A stretch of 63,465 nucleotides of DNA, filler included, from Sphacelaria rigidula (GCA_964200075.2; 9 parts of 9 records of this genome joined end to end with filler, not necessarily neighbours in it); one strand, 5' to 3'. Positions 51,269-63,465 are shown, numbered from the whole stretch's first letter. Notes: generated from the letters alone by a model not told the origin. A program made the numbers and translations.

Positions 51269-52004
51269 CTGTGACGAAAGGAGCACACAGCACAGTGCAG
51301 TGCAGTGCCATGGCAATAAGGGCAATCATATACTCCATCCTCACCCCAAACTTTGTGTCCACACTGCAAGTCTTTCACGCCAAAATAAACTGCATATTTT
51401 ACACCGGTGTCCAGAAGTTTCAACAGTGAGGCATTTGGGACTAGTACCCGCGTCACAGAGTGCGGGGGAGAGGAGGGAGCGGAGGGGGGGGGCATAGAGC
51501 CTGTCTTGCGGTTCCTAGTCACATGGCGAGTGTGACGCGGTTTTTCCGTGTCCGTTCGGCCACGATTCCACAGCCGGACATGGGTATTGAGTACGGTGTA
51601 CGTGCTCTCAAGGAGACACTACATCAACAAAAAAAGAAAAGAAAAAAATAGGCAATGACCGAGCAGACCCGCCTCTGAAATTTCTCTGGTTTGTAAACTG
51701 TGTGGGATTCACGATTCACAGCTGCTCGAAAGCAGTACTCATGAACGTTTCCGCCGTTACCTTTTGTCTCCATCTATGACTTCGTCGCCAATTGCCGAGT
51801 TAGGGGCAAGAAAAAGCCCATTGTAATTGTTCTGATGTGATTTAAATCAGGTATTCTAGAGGCGTCGAGGCAAAAGGCAGCTGTGAAAAAAAAGGTCTTG
51901 ATAGCAAGCTTTTCGTTCAAAGGAGGTTCCGAACTGAAACGCGTCCGTCATCCTCCAGAAAAAAAAAACGGAACGTACATCGAACACGCTGTGAACTTGA
52001 AACT

Positions 52005-52576
52005 ACACTGTAGGAGTCAAACTTTGGACTTTGCCTTTTCGACTGAAAATTGATTATTTTTCAGGTTTTTTGGTTACCACGACTCATCACGGTGTGTGTT
52101 TGATCCTATATTTTGGGAATCGAGAGACATGAGCATCCTACCTAAGTTTCGAGAAAAACGATTTTTCCACGACGAATTTTGAACGAGATACGAGCTCACC
52201 GGTCTTTGAGGATGCTACGAGTGTACAACCCCCGCTTCTCGTGCTTTGATGTTTTCACCAGACAGAACCGATCCGGGTCGTTGAACCGAAAATAAAACAC
52301 GGCTCCAATGCTTCTATTTTCTCGATATCCATTGCACCTCAGCCGAAAAACCGTGTTTTTGAGTAATATGCGGTCAATAACACCCCCTCGATGAACGGAG
52401 TTTTACTCCGTATCCTTTCAAAAGCGTGATATTGGAAAATATGTCCCGAGCACCACCTCTTTCAACTCCCCAACGCCTACTGACTCTCCATCTCTAGAGT
52501 GAAAGTGACAAATCTCTGCGAAAAAAACCTGAATGCGTGGACACCAGAACATTTAAAGTTTGGCTCCTGTGCAGTA
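52005..52576. mobile_element. Degenerate MITE in an intron
   Basis: CTGTAGGAGTCAAACTTT at ~52008 is inverse to AAAGTTTGGCTCCTGTGCAG at ~52556. Confidence 0.45.
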
Positions 52577-53679
52577 CTGTGTCGGACAAACGCGTCACTA
52601 TGGATGCAAGCGAAAAACGTGCATGGCTTAGATACAGGCGCCTAGTACATCACTAGAAGAGCAACATCCTGATTGTATTCAAGTAAATCAGTCACACAAA
52701 ATATGACCACACCTATTGGGGGCAATTGAACTTCCGTGAGTCAGACATATCAAGTGTTGAGGTCTTCATCTAATGCCTATGCACCTGCGACACACACTAT
52801 GAAGCACAGGTGAAAAGTGCTGGTTTCAACACGATAGACGACATCATTCGCGGATCTAATGTTATAATATCAGTATACACTACGAATAAGCAACACTGCG
52901 GAACAAGTTCACCGTGCTCAGTGTGCTCTGAACAACTCGTTTTCATGACATGTACTTTTGATCGTTTTCCAATTCCCGCAGCTCTACAAGTTGACTTCGT
53001 TTGTCAGTTATCGTGTTTCCACTCTTGTTTGTACTCCACCTTGCTCTGTATTCTACTAGGGTACGTAGTTAAATCTTAGTGAATTCGTTCGTAGAACTGT
53101 TTCACTTCTTCTAACTTGTTTTCGTCTTTCACTCCACTCCGTTTGTTTCATCATGTTTTGGTCCCTAGTTTTTCAATTTCTTCAGCGAGTGTTTTCGTTT
53201 TTGTTTACTGTGGGCACATCGATCTTGTGGATGATGACCAGGCTGAGTGCCTCGGGGGATCAGGTGATGTGCGATGATCAATAAACTTATTTGGGCAAAT
53301 CTATCCTACAACTACGGCTGGATTTAAAACGGATCAGTCAATGCGACAGTCTATCAATCGAATCAACCAAACGACCAATCCTGATGAACCCATGAATCCA
53401 AGCAGTCCTGCTTAGGTCAACACGGAATAAGATACTCTACAGTCATTTTTTCGATTTCAGCTATTGAGCATGCCTTCATGCGCCCCCCCCCACCACCCCA
53501 AAAAAGACTGGTACTTTGAAAATAAAAACATCAACAATAAATGAATAGATACATGAAGGGATAATGAAATGAAAAATCAAGGACATTCCTCCCGTATCCA
53601 GACTTGCTCTCAAACCTCTCGACATACCCCCCCACACACACACCCAACCAATCATATGTGAAAAAAAATGATATGTCAC

Positions 53680-53841
53680 CTGTCTTTGCTGCCTACGAGC
53701 CTTCTCCTCCTCGGAGAGCTCTTTTGGCGCCCTCATGGGTTTGGCCTTCTTCTTCGATTCCTCTTTCGGCCGCCCTCGCATGCGACTGTCGGTAGTCAAC
53801 GTTTCTCGCTCGGCACGCTTCGCCGCCTGCGCCGCGGCTAC
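53680..53841 (-). CDS. HMG-box protein, exon 3 (charged/coiled region)
   Basis: cag|GTA...CAG|gtgac, 162 nt. Encodes VAAAQAAKRAERETLTTDSRMRGRPKEESKKK...EEKARRQQRQ. Confidence 0.8.
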
Positions 53842-54601
53842 CTGTTTTTTTTTTCGATTTTTCATGGTGGTTCGAACAGGACAACTTCAAGGTAACAGTG
53901 TTTTTATGTCCACCCTCCGACAAGAGGAAACACGCGAAGATACAAGACACAAATCGCACAAACACAGCCACATGGACGTAGAGGTAGACGCACAGTTTCA
54001 CGCTCCGACGCAGACGACACCGTCAAAGAAGCACTACACACATGAGCACACCTTCTGCCTCTTCGCGAAGCAGCATACCTTCACATTCACGCACCTTGTT
54101 CTAATTCTGGCCGATTAACACAGCAAGCTACGCAAAGGGCCTCCAGACTCACTTGCATCCTCACTCGCTGTGCAAATCAGACTGTACAACACACACAAAC
54201 ACACTCCCCCGGCATGTAAAAGGATGTGGAGGTGTGGAAGAACACCCGTACGGCAGCAACGACGCAATCAAACGAAAACACCATGTACTCGGTGGACATG
54301 TGGTACAATCCAAACCCTCACTGTACAAGTTTTATGCTTCTTCGACGTGACAACATAAATCACGCAGAGACATTTTTATGACAAAAACGTTGTCGAAGAC
54401 GCCTCGCTCCTGTTGTTTTTTTATGGAAGAGAAACGGCTTTTGCATCGCTATTTCAACACATGAGCCACTTCAACATGCACTGAAAAACTCATGAGACTG
54501 CTCGAACAACACAGAAGGCATGCATTAACACATCGCGAAGGATAACGCACAGTGGAGTATGACGCACATCACAGAGTGTGACATATACCCACGCGACACA
54601 C

Positions 54602-54760
54602 CTCCTGGTCCTTAACAGCACTCTCGGAGGCAAAGCGAGCCCTATCCTCCGCCGCCAAGCCTTCGTAAATTGCGCGATCCGGATCATCACGAGGAAGCTC
54701 CCTCCACCTCGTGCTGATCTCTCGCTGGACGTCACCGAAGTCGCTCGGGAGGCTCTTCGC
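54602..54760 (-). CDS. HMG-box protein, exon 2 (HMG helices 2-3)
   Basis: aag|GCG...GAG|gtgtg, 159 nt. Encodes AKSLPSDFGDVQREISTRWRELPRDDPDRAIYEGLAAEDRARFASESAVKDQE. Confidence 0.85.
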
Positions 54761-55546
54761 CTTTTTGTGTCGATCCGGTGTTCATTTGTTTGTTTTAATG
54801 CAGCACAAAGGGTGCAGAAGCAATAGCAGCAGCAGCAGCGTCGGATGGGCACCACGACAAGGGGTCAACACGTTGGTGTTTCGCAATGGAGCTTGTCTCG
54901 TTCATTCATACCAGACTCCTCATTCAAGCCAATGAAGTCTTAGGGGGTTTGTCTCTTGTCATACTGAGTCACAAGGTGGAAGGGGGGTGCCGGGGGTGGG
55001 GGGGATAGGGGGGATGGGGAGAGGGGGGGGGGCGTACTCATTTGTTGATTGCTGATTGAAGCCATTTGATCGTTGACCACGCATCTCTTTCGAGACGGAG
55101 GGGGTGCTCAGAATTTTGCCACAGACTTGCGCCCAATCCGTGCTCACACCCACGCCACTTCCTGCTCCTTTTTCACCATTTCTGGCTGAACTTCGCCCCT
55201 AGTAACCCCGAAGCTGCACCTGAGCAGCCTCTGTGGTTGGGCATCGCACACCCGACAATAAAATATTGTGTAGTCCATGATCCCCAACCCAGTCTCGTGT
55301 ACATTGTTCAACCGAAGCAGCTGTTTTTCACATTTTCCCGGTGGTCCAACTGGGAGCTGTGGCCTCTGGCGGTCAAGTCAAGATAATTAATATTGCAATC
55401 TTTGGGGATACCACTCGAGCCGCGCACAGCACTCAGACGAGGACACGACTTGGGTGGGTTCACCTTCACTGCTGGTGTATAGATCGGCGATTTTTCTCTT
55501 CTGGCACAGAGCGGGGTCAAAGAGGGACCATTGTGCTGTGTGTGCG

Positions 55547-55901
55547 TATGTGTGTGTGTGTGTGTTGTTACCCCATGTAGTTTGGACACCAGTCTACAAT
55601 TTCGGTATATATGGGCGCATCAGCCGGGGTCAAACAGGAGGGTCAACATCAGAAAACTCTATTTTTTCTCGTATTCCACCTTCCGTCTGCGGCGCTTGCC
55701 TTACTTTTTATCGAGAGAGGGATTCAGCGGTCCCTTTCCCTCGTCGACCGTGAAGTCGAATTTTGTGCACCCGCTTCATAGTCGCTCTCCACTGTTGGGC
55801 ATGGTGCGAGGAAAAATATTGGATTGTGTGCCTTTACCTAGACGCGAACTCACGTCCCAACCGCCGGAAGGTTTCGACGTTACCAACGGAGCCACCGGGG
55901 C
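55547..55901 (-). mobile_element. tRNA-derived SINE, family 1 copy in intron 1 of the HMG gene
   Basis: Colinear with 25609-25961, with a (TG)n tail. Confidence 0.82.
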
Positions 55902-55990
55902 GTGTACTGTATACCAAAAAAAGGCATTATATTCACAACCAAGACGGCACTACGAAGTTTCGTCCGTAGATCTGGTGGGAATGCTCTTAC

Positions 55991-56071
55991 CTCGAGCGAG
56001 GCCTTGACACTAGCATACTTATCCTTCTGGAAGAGCTGGTACGCGGAAGCTGCCGGTTTTATTTCGCTCAT
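55991..56071 (-). CDS. HMG-box protein, exon 1
   Basis: ATG...GAG|gtaag, 81 nt. Encodes MSEIKPAASAYQLFQKDKYASVKASLE (HMG helix 1, SAY.LF). Confidence 0.85.
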
Positions 56072-56503
56072 CGCCTGCCTCTATGCACCCCGACTAGGAG
56101 CAGCTGCTCGCTCCACCGATGCCCTCGCTTCGCTCGCTCACGCTTCAACCGCCCAAAAACAGGTGTGACGTCGGCTACAACTTTCCTGTGAGATGGTCAT
56201 TGTTCAACAGCAGGGGGGCACGGTTGGAGAATTGATGATTGAATCATTTTGATAGCCACGTGGTGGGAGAAGCGAATCTTCTCTGATTCCTTCGTCCTTT
56301 TCTCATGGTTTCAGTGCACTGAAACGCACTCTTATGTTAGCGATGGGGGGTGTACTCATGATCATGCATGCCATAGTCATAAGACCATTGACCTCGCATC
56401 CCTNNNNNNNNNNNNNNNNNNNNNNNNNNNNNNNNNNNNNNNNNNNNTTAATTAATTAANNNNNNNNNNNNNNNNNNNNNNNNNNNNNNNNNNNNNNNNN
56501 NNN

Positions 56504-57456
56504 GGGTTAGTGATACCGCCACGCACTCCAAGAATCGAGTGATCGCGCAGCTGAGCGACGCGCTCAAGGTGCAACACCAATTTGCTGTTGCGTATACCCC
56601 TTGGTCGAATGGTGCTTGTGAACGCATGGTGAAAGAGGTTGTTCGTGCGTTGCGGTCCGTTTTGTCGGAACAGAGGCGGCCGGTGTCTGAAGGGGTTGAT
56701 GTTTTCCCAGCTGCTTAGTGGGTGTTGAACACTTCTTTCCGTGAACTCTACCGTAACACTCCGTATTGTGTGATGTTTGGGCGTGCACAGCGTTTTCCGC
56801 GCTGGCTTCTGTCACTGGCGGCGAGTGGAATGTCGATGTCATGAATGCTGATTCGTTGCGTGACAAGGTTCGAGGCGTGGTTGGCGAGCAAGTGCGGTTT
56901 TGTAACGAAGTGCAAGCTGCTGTCGTGGTGTCTCGCGAAACTAAACACAAGTTTGCTCAGGGCCAGGCTGTGTTGCCCAAGTTTGTAGTTGGCGATTTCG
57001 TATTGTATGCCCGTGTTCGTAGGCAGGGCGTGACACCCAAGTTGATGTCCACAGGGACAGGTCCGTGGCGAGTGGTCGGAGCCGATCACGCTCACGTGTA
57101 TTCGGTGCAGAACAATGCTTCTGGCGCTGTACACTCGGCCCATGTCGCTCGTTTGCGTTTCTATGCTGACTCGTAGTTGCATGTCACTGCGGAACTCAAA
57201 GGTGTATCTCAGCCTTCGTATGCTCAAGGTGAATGTCGGATGAATGCTTTGGTGCACGTCGCGGAGGATGACAATGGTGATGTCATTTTTCTGGTCGATT
57301 GGGACTGATTCGGTGCTGAAGAATGTACTTGGGAGTCTCTTCGCAAGATTCTTTCTTCTGCGCCTCTCTGAACTTGTTTTAAAGGAACTGCGTAAACTGC
57401 GGTTGACTCGGGCGCTGACAAGTAAATTAGCGTCGGAGTATGGTATTTCTTTGTGA
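56504..57456 (+). mobile_element. Degenerate Ty3/Gypsy integrase C-terminus with chromodomain-like tail
   Basis: VSDTATH...FAVAYTPWSNGACERMVKEVVRALRS; GPWRV; FLVDWD*FGAEECTWESL chromo-like motif; in-frame stops. Related to the integrase at 14127-14300. Confidence 0.85.
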
Positions 57457-58125
57457 TCTGGTGCATGCGATTTCGCCTTAGTCTTCTTGGTTACCAAGCT
57501 CGTTCGTTTGTCTTGAAGTCGATTTGAGGGTGCTGTAGCCAAATGGTACCAAGCCGTAGGTTTCAGTATAATCGCATGCATGGTTGGAGCAGTGGTGGGG
57601 GACAGGGGATCCTGCATTGATGACCCTTCTCTGTGTGGCCCCTTGCTGTCTGGCTCGTGATGTGATCTGATGAGGATCACTCCGTGATAATAAGTTAGAA
57701 GAAAGGACTTGTCGAGCACGAGGCCAGTGATACCGGAGGAGTCCCTCGTTGAAAGTCTTCTTGTCCAGATCGCCTGGCAGAGGCTTTAGATCGAGACGCC
57801 CTGACGTTCGGCGTGAACTGTTCTGCGTTGGACGTACCCTCTTTTGCTCTGCATTTTGCTGGTTGGTTGCTGAAATACTAACGGTGAGACAGTGCATGGA
57901 TGCACGTACTAATATATGTACTGTATAATAATAGCCACATGTCGGTGACTCATGAGTTTGCATGCGCGTGAGTTAGCGAAACTTTGCTGTTTGCTAGAAA
58001 TTACGAGACGTATCGCATCGCTGTTCGCGCGGCCACAATGTCCAATGAAGAGAACGAGCTGTATGAACCGACTACTCATAAGTAAAGTACCTATTCCGGG
58101 CCATCGCTTTCCGCACTGTACCTGG

Positions 58126-58704
58126 TGCGGCACACTGCGCACAATAAGGGAATCTACGCGCCAACTCCAACCATGGCGCCCACAAATTTGGCTCTTTTCC
58201 CGCCCATTTGTCGTTCACGAACGCCACAACGACCACATGTTACTAAACCTAACGCCACAACCACCAACCCTGTTGGGGCCGGACTTCCCACAATGGCATG
58301 TTTGTGGCACCTTTCTCCACAATTCCTCCACAATCGTGTGTTGGTGGCAGGTGTCCGTCAGTTTTGTTTTCAAGTCAAAATGACTTGAGAGCAACGCAAA
58401 TGGACACCTGCCACTGACATACGATTGTGAGGGAAAAGGGTCCCAAAAGGGTTAGTACGGAACATGACGCCAGCCTCGGATCGCAACGGCACGATGTTAC
58501 ATAACACCCCGCAAGCGCAAAAGACCGAGGCGTTCTGCGTCCAGTTCTTGTGTCGATACGGAGAGACTCGGTAACCAGTCCCAGGGAGAAAGGGATGTGG
58601 CCGTTGTGGCGTTCGTGAACGGCAAATGGGCGGGAAAAGAACCGAATGTGTGGGGGCCATGGTTGGAGGTGGCGCGTAGATTCCCTTGCGCGCAGTGTGC
58701 CGCA
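58126..58704. mobile_element. Foldback element with long inverted arms
   Basis: 58126-58238 is inverse to 58595-58704. Central hairpin GTGGCAGGTGTCC...CAAGTCA-AAA-TGACTTG...GGACACCTGCCAC. Confidence 0.75.
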
Positions 58705-58734
58705 TCAGGCGTGGCTTACACACCTTTATGTTTT

Positions 58735-58950
58735 CATGACTCGTCAAGTGTTTCGATTTCGCGACGACTTGGTCCACATGCGGGAGGCCATTTCCGAGAA
58801 GCCACTCACCGACGTAGTCATAGAACGCTTTGCTGATGAATACAGCCAAGTCAAGTATAACGCTGAACGTGGTTCTGGTTTTGGCGTCTCCGACGTTCAG
58901 GCCACGATGTACAAAACAACATGTATTCAAACCGTGTCGCGCGTGGGGGT
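58735..58950 (+). mobile_element. Degenerate Copia-like gag fragment
   Basis: RDDLVHMREAISEKPLTDVVIERFADEYSQVKYNAER...VQATM resembles Retrotran_gag_2-type gag; recall only. Confidence 0.4.
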
Positions 58951-60289
58951 ATACGTCGAAACGATCTCAGGATCAAGAATGGGCTATGTCAGCGACCTTG
59001 ACAATGGGTTCGACAAAAAAATCACCGAGAGATCTTCCGGAAACTTGCACTCCTGATGTAAGTAAGGTTATCATATGCGGGACTGTCGATCAATGCCCAT
59101 TCGAAGCAATCGCAGGTCTGCTGACACTTTAATTGTGTCCGTGATCGACTCGCCTTGGTTATCCTGACATATATTGTTCCGTGACTGTGCGACCGCGTGT
59201 CGATGGCCACACGAGTTCACCTAATGGCGGCTGTAACTGCTTCCATCGCCACCACTATACTTGGCAGTGTGTTATGTGTCATATTGCCGTGCCGCTGAGG
59301 TGGCCCGAAGTAGGTCGGCCACGAGAGACTCAGCTTTTCGAAGGTCACCATTCCATATAGAGGGCCAGCAGAATAGTGGCTCCGTGCTCCAGAGGCAAGA
59401 GAGGGGCGTTGGCGATCACTGAAGGGTGAAAATGATCATCACCGGTGGCGAGTCTACCCTCAAAGTTAATTTGACCGGTTGGTTGACTGAGTGTCGCGCA
59501 TTAACTGACCCCCGGGAGACCCAGCCGTGATCATTATGGTCATTATCCACAAGACGAGGTGCCCAAGGTGAACAAAACGGAAACACTCGCCAAAAAAACT
59601 CGAGAAAGGGCAAACATGAAAGGGGAAAATAACAAACGGAGTAAACTGAACAAAAAGCCGGAGATGAAGCAGCGCAAAACAGCAGGGACAAAGGAAAGGA
59701 AAGGAAAGGACAAGAGAACAACAAGGAAAACCGATCCCGTTGGAAATAAAAACCAAGAAAAATACTATCGGCACGGAAGGAAGAAGGGAGAAAAAAAAGA
59801 ACAAGTGTCGGTGACGGATCGGAAATGTTCTAAAAGAAGTACGTATCACTTGACGGATTAGTCGCTCGATTTCAAATGCTGGATTGCCCATCAATATCCA
59901 CGCTCTCGAAAAGTTGTATCTTGATGGAAGCTTTCCAGTGTCGAGCAACTGAACCAACTGCCGTGAACCTCGGCGATGATAAGCCTACCAACGGATGTCG
60001 CCTCTGCTCATCGCATGACATTCGCACTCACAAGGCAGAATCTTGGGGTCAACAACCACGTCATGATCTGCCTGAGAATGGTCCAAATCCAAATACCATT
60101 CCTGTACAACTTCATAAACCATCCGCTGACAAACCGCTCTGGATCTGAATCGCTTTCACCACTGCCGAAAAGCTTTCCTAATACACAGCTGAACAAATAC
60201 TTGCAGGACTACAGTTTTGCACACGATTCACAGAAGGCATTACCGGCGTGCACCTCCTGGTACATGGTACATGGTGACCAACGAGGAGG

Positions 60290-60440
60290 CTATCCGTAGT
60301 GATTGGGAAGGGTTTCGCGATCGAGTACCGCGGCCACCGCATGCCCAAGGTTGAGCAAGGCCTTCTGGGTACCCATGACCGAGTATATTGCCGCGTGAAT
60401 GCAATTCAGGAACTCTAACTCCAGCTCCGGGAAGGCACCC
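60290..60440 (-). CDS. Probable terminal exon of an unknown protein (possibly FUSC/ALMT-like)
   Basis: cag|G GGT...TAG. Encodes (R)GAFPELELEFLNCIHAAIYSVMGTQKALLNLGHAVAAVLDRETLPNHYG*; phase matches the 61839 exon. Confidence 0.55.
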
Positions 60441-60757
60441 CTGTCAGCAACACGAACAATGTAGATGATAAAGGAACTGCATCATGAGGTGTGTAGCGTG
60501 TTCAACAGCGTTAGAGACATTTCTGCAGAAGTGGAGATACAGTAGGTCTACCGAAGATGTAGGGGTGGGTGATCAGACACTGCTACCTGAATGCGGGTAC
60601 TTTTAATATCTCGATAACTCACACGCTCGAAGACGTTTTCAACTGCGGTTGCGTTTGGTGAAACCACAACGTGACGACGACGGCGACTACACAACGCTGA
60701 ACATCACTCTACCTCGACATGCATTTGTTCAGTCGAGGTCATGAACGCGGTGTGCAT

Positions 60758-60795
<38 letters not shown>

Positions 60796-61838
60796 CGCGG
60801 CTGGGGGGGGCGGGGGGGGGGGGCGGGCCCGCGCCGCCGCCNNNNNNNNNNGGCCATAACACCACGCTGACAATCCCTCTCCCCCCCCCTTCTTTTTTTC
60901 CGCTGGGGGCACAACCCCGGGGTGCATTCCCCCCCCCCCCCCCCCCTCTCGCGTGTATTTGGGGGGGGAGAGGGGGGGGCGTACGAGTACGCCACCCCCT
61001 CCCCCCCCCTAAATACACGCGTACACAGATATTTGAACACACATATGGCAAGTGGTGATACAGCTCGGGAGTTACGGCCTCCTGGAAGTATTCGAATATT
61101 ATTCCCCACACGTCCAATCACTTCTGATTAAAATTATAAGCGTGGGTATATTGAAGAGCACCCTCAAAACCCAGGCTGTGACAATGGCAACACATGGGGA
61201 GAATCCAGAGACTTCCTCCAGGAGGGCAGAGTAGAGAGTACCCTCGGATTGTTGGCCCCGGTGATACATGCATCCCACGCCTAATTCTCATTAATAGGTA
61301 GGTAACGATACTTCGATTAGTTTGCTTTCCTGCCCACGAGACGAACCTCGTGTCTAACGCACCACAGCTTCTGCAGTTCGGCAGCCGTGTCTGTCTTGCG
61401 GTATAGGCCCCAGAATTTTCGTCTCTTTATACCCAACAAGTTATCCTCACACGCACAACACAATGCTCGCCCTCACGAGAAAAATCATTTAAAAAACGCA
61501 TCATTGAAAAATTGCAGAGTTTCCCGTGGACTTTTTGTCAACATGAACCGGCTCCGAATAGTTCAGCGTCCACGTGCGCCCACGGGCATACCTAATTTCT
61601 GGACGACGCTATTATAGGTGTCCGTCAATCCCATATGCCTGATTGATTGATTAGTTGATTGTCGCACTTTAATTGACCCCCCAGGAGTCATGATCCAGCC
61701 GTGGTCACATGATCGACCTACCTAAGACGAAACAACACTGAAAGACTCGCCTACAATGACCTACGTCGAAAAAGTTCGGATGAACAGCGACTCAGTGGTT
61801 CAAAAGCAGGAATTGAACACCAATCGCCACCGGCTCAC

Positions 61839-62044
61839 CTGTCCACGAAGTCCTGGATAAAGCTCACGAAGTCCGCGTTCAGGTTAGCATCGATCCGAAT
61901 GGCGTCGGGCTGCACTTCTAGCAATCGCACCTTTGGGGATGAGTGGGCGTCTTGACCAAGCCCAGCAAACACGTCTCGAGCGTCTGCGAGACCCGCTTTG
62001 AGCAGCTTCACCAGTTGGGCCAAGTGGCTGCCCAGATCACCCAG
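61839..62044 (-). CDS. Exon of an unknown protein (possibly FUSC/ALMT-like C-terminus)
   Basis: cag|CTG...GAC AG|gtgag. Encodes LGDLGSHLAQLVKLLKAGLADARDVF...FVSFIQDFVD. Confidence 0.7.
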
Positions 62045-62482
62045 CTGATGGATCATTCTCAAACAGCACGTTGCAGGATTTCCAAGGTCGGTTAGATGTG
62101 ATATTTTCAAGTTTTAGGGGTGGACCACGATAATGTGATGGGATAGTGCGGTCGTCACACGATTTGATGAAGGTCTCCCTAGCATATCATCTTCTTCCGC
62201 CGCGGCCATTCCTCTCAAGTCTATACGTTAGTCTGTGGACGCGGGTGAATGAAAATAGAACTCAATGCGGGAAAATTGAGACAGGTTCGCCTCCAACTCA
62301 CAACATCGCAAGCACCTGCATCAAGAATGCGCTGAATTGTCGCTGGGAGACCATGGGGAGCAACACACGTTAACCCTAACCGGTGTTCATCGGCATGCAA
62401 GCAAACGCTGCGAAAATGTAGTACTGTTTCCCGGTAAATCCGATGGTCGTGCATGATGATCTGTCAAAGCAGCATAACTAAC

Positions 62483-62620
62483 CTCTCGGCGCCAGTTCGT
62501 GGAACGGTCTTCACAAATAGCGAGGGCAGTCTTCGACATCAGAGTCAGCGCGCGTAGGAGCTGGGCCATGGAATAAGAACCAGGACAGGCAACCGGATGG
62601 GTGGGACATTGAGTAACAAC
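62483..62620 (-). CDS. Exon of the same unknown protein
   Basis: cag|GTT...GAG|gttag, 138 nt. Encodes VVTQCPTHPVACPGSYSMAQLLRALTLMSKTALAICEDRSTNWRRE. Confidence 0.6.
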
Positions 62621-62871
62621 CTGCGTACATTGAGCTGGAGTCACAGACGCTAATCACGTAGTTCACATTCACCAGGGTGGGAAGAAATTGATGAAATCAC
62701 ACCGGGACGACTACACCGTAGCAGACGCAATCGCACATCTCGATATGTTTTATCAACGCAGTGGACAGAAGACATGTATTCGGTTCATGTTGCAAGGAGA
62801 TCGCCTCACCGGTGACGAGCAGGGTACAGTACAGTGTAGTGCATAGTATACTCAATCTCAACACCAAACAC

Positions 62872-62994
62872 CTCTTCTTCAGCGTCAAGCATCGCTCGGT
62901 AAGTGATGGCGTGAAATGGGCGGTACCAGAGTTGCGGCTCCAGCTCCGCCAGAGGGAGAAACTTCTTCTGTAGGGCCAGGGTTCTCACCATCTT
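62872..62994 (-). CDS. Exon of the same unknown protein
   Basis: cag|AAG...GAG|gtgtt, 123 nt. Encodes KMVRTLALQKKFLPLAELEPQLWYRPFHAITYRAMLDAEEE; the EPxLWxxPF..Y..ML pattern resembles FUSC/aromatic-acid-exporter C-termini. Confidence 0.65.
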
Positions 62995-63465
62995 CTGGAG
63001 ATACGCTGAAACATAGAATACACAACGTTGCAGAAGGGGGTGGAACGATCGTCAGAGGAGGAGGCCACAGCTGTCGCACTAGAGGTGTGACAATTTGAAA
63101 GCACGACATCAGAGCAACGCATTGAAACGGGTAAAGGGGTTGCAAGAACCAAACAACGATATCGGCGGTGATACAGGGTGCAAAGCCACAATTTGGGAGT
63201 GAATAATTCAAACGAAATGATCCGATATCAGCGCTGAAATGGGTACTCCGTGTGGTCATTCTCTAAAAAAAACGTACATGACACTTTCTGCAACGGCCCC
63301 CCCCTACTTTTGCTCCGTCTCGAAAGGGATGCGTGGTCTATGGTCAAACGACTAAGGCAAGCAACAAATGAGTACCCCCCCCCAAAAAAAAACAGTTAGC
63401 CTGGTCCGGCGAGAACCCGGCGTGCTCCGTCCCGGCTTTGTGGGGGCGGACCCCCGATGGGGTTG

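Noticed and set aside
54602..56071. Brown algal sex-determining HMG gene
   Set aside because: The HMG box is at the extreme N-terminus, followed by an ISWI-like charged region, and nothing in the sequence indicates sex linkage.
60761..61010. Gly/Pro-rich ORFs and G-quadruplex-like tract
   Set aside because: Long homopolymer C/G runs around a 10-N gap suggest low-quality sequence.

Overview
Eukaryotic, intron-rich and repeat-rich genomic DNA, most consistent with a brown alga (Phaeophyceae, Ectocarpus-like). That assignment is an inference from the 72-nt LRR exons, the axonemal dynein and the stramenopile-type gene architecture. The window is not one locus. It is nine contigs of 6963 or 6962 bp joined by artificial 100-nt linkers (N44-TTAATTAATTAA-N44), so neighbourhood across linkers is meaningless. 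Manual splicing recovers partial genes the ORF track mostly misses: (1) SHPRH-like, (2) axonemal dynein heavy chain AAA1 region, (4) NAT10/Kre33, (5) 72-nt LRR exons, (7) an apparently complete YbaK-domain gene, (8) an HMG-box N-terminus (probably ISWI-like) and (9) the C-terminus of an unknown, possibly FUSC/ALMT-like protein. Mobile DNA includes two inverted Ty3/Gypsy copies sharing an in-frame deletion of the RT domain, a degenerate Ty1/Copia, a pogo-type DDE transposase, a chromodomain Gypsy 3' end and several tRNA-derived SINE families. It also includes many MITE/foldback elements with readable TIRs and TSDs, among them a nested hAT-in-hAT stack in a NAT10 intron. There is no CRISPR, rRNA or prokaryotic operon. 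I found no convincing new multi-gene system. The best leads are the RT-less Gypsy lineage, the LRR exon array with a possible decayed exon, and the nested MITEs. All protein family calls come from motif recall, not database searches.
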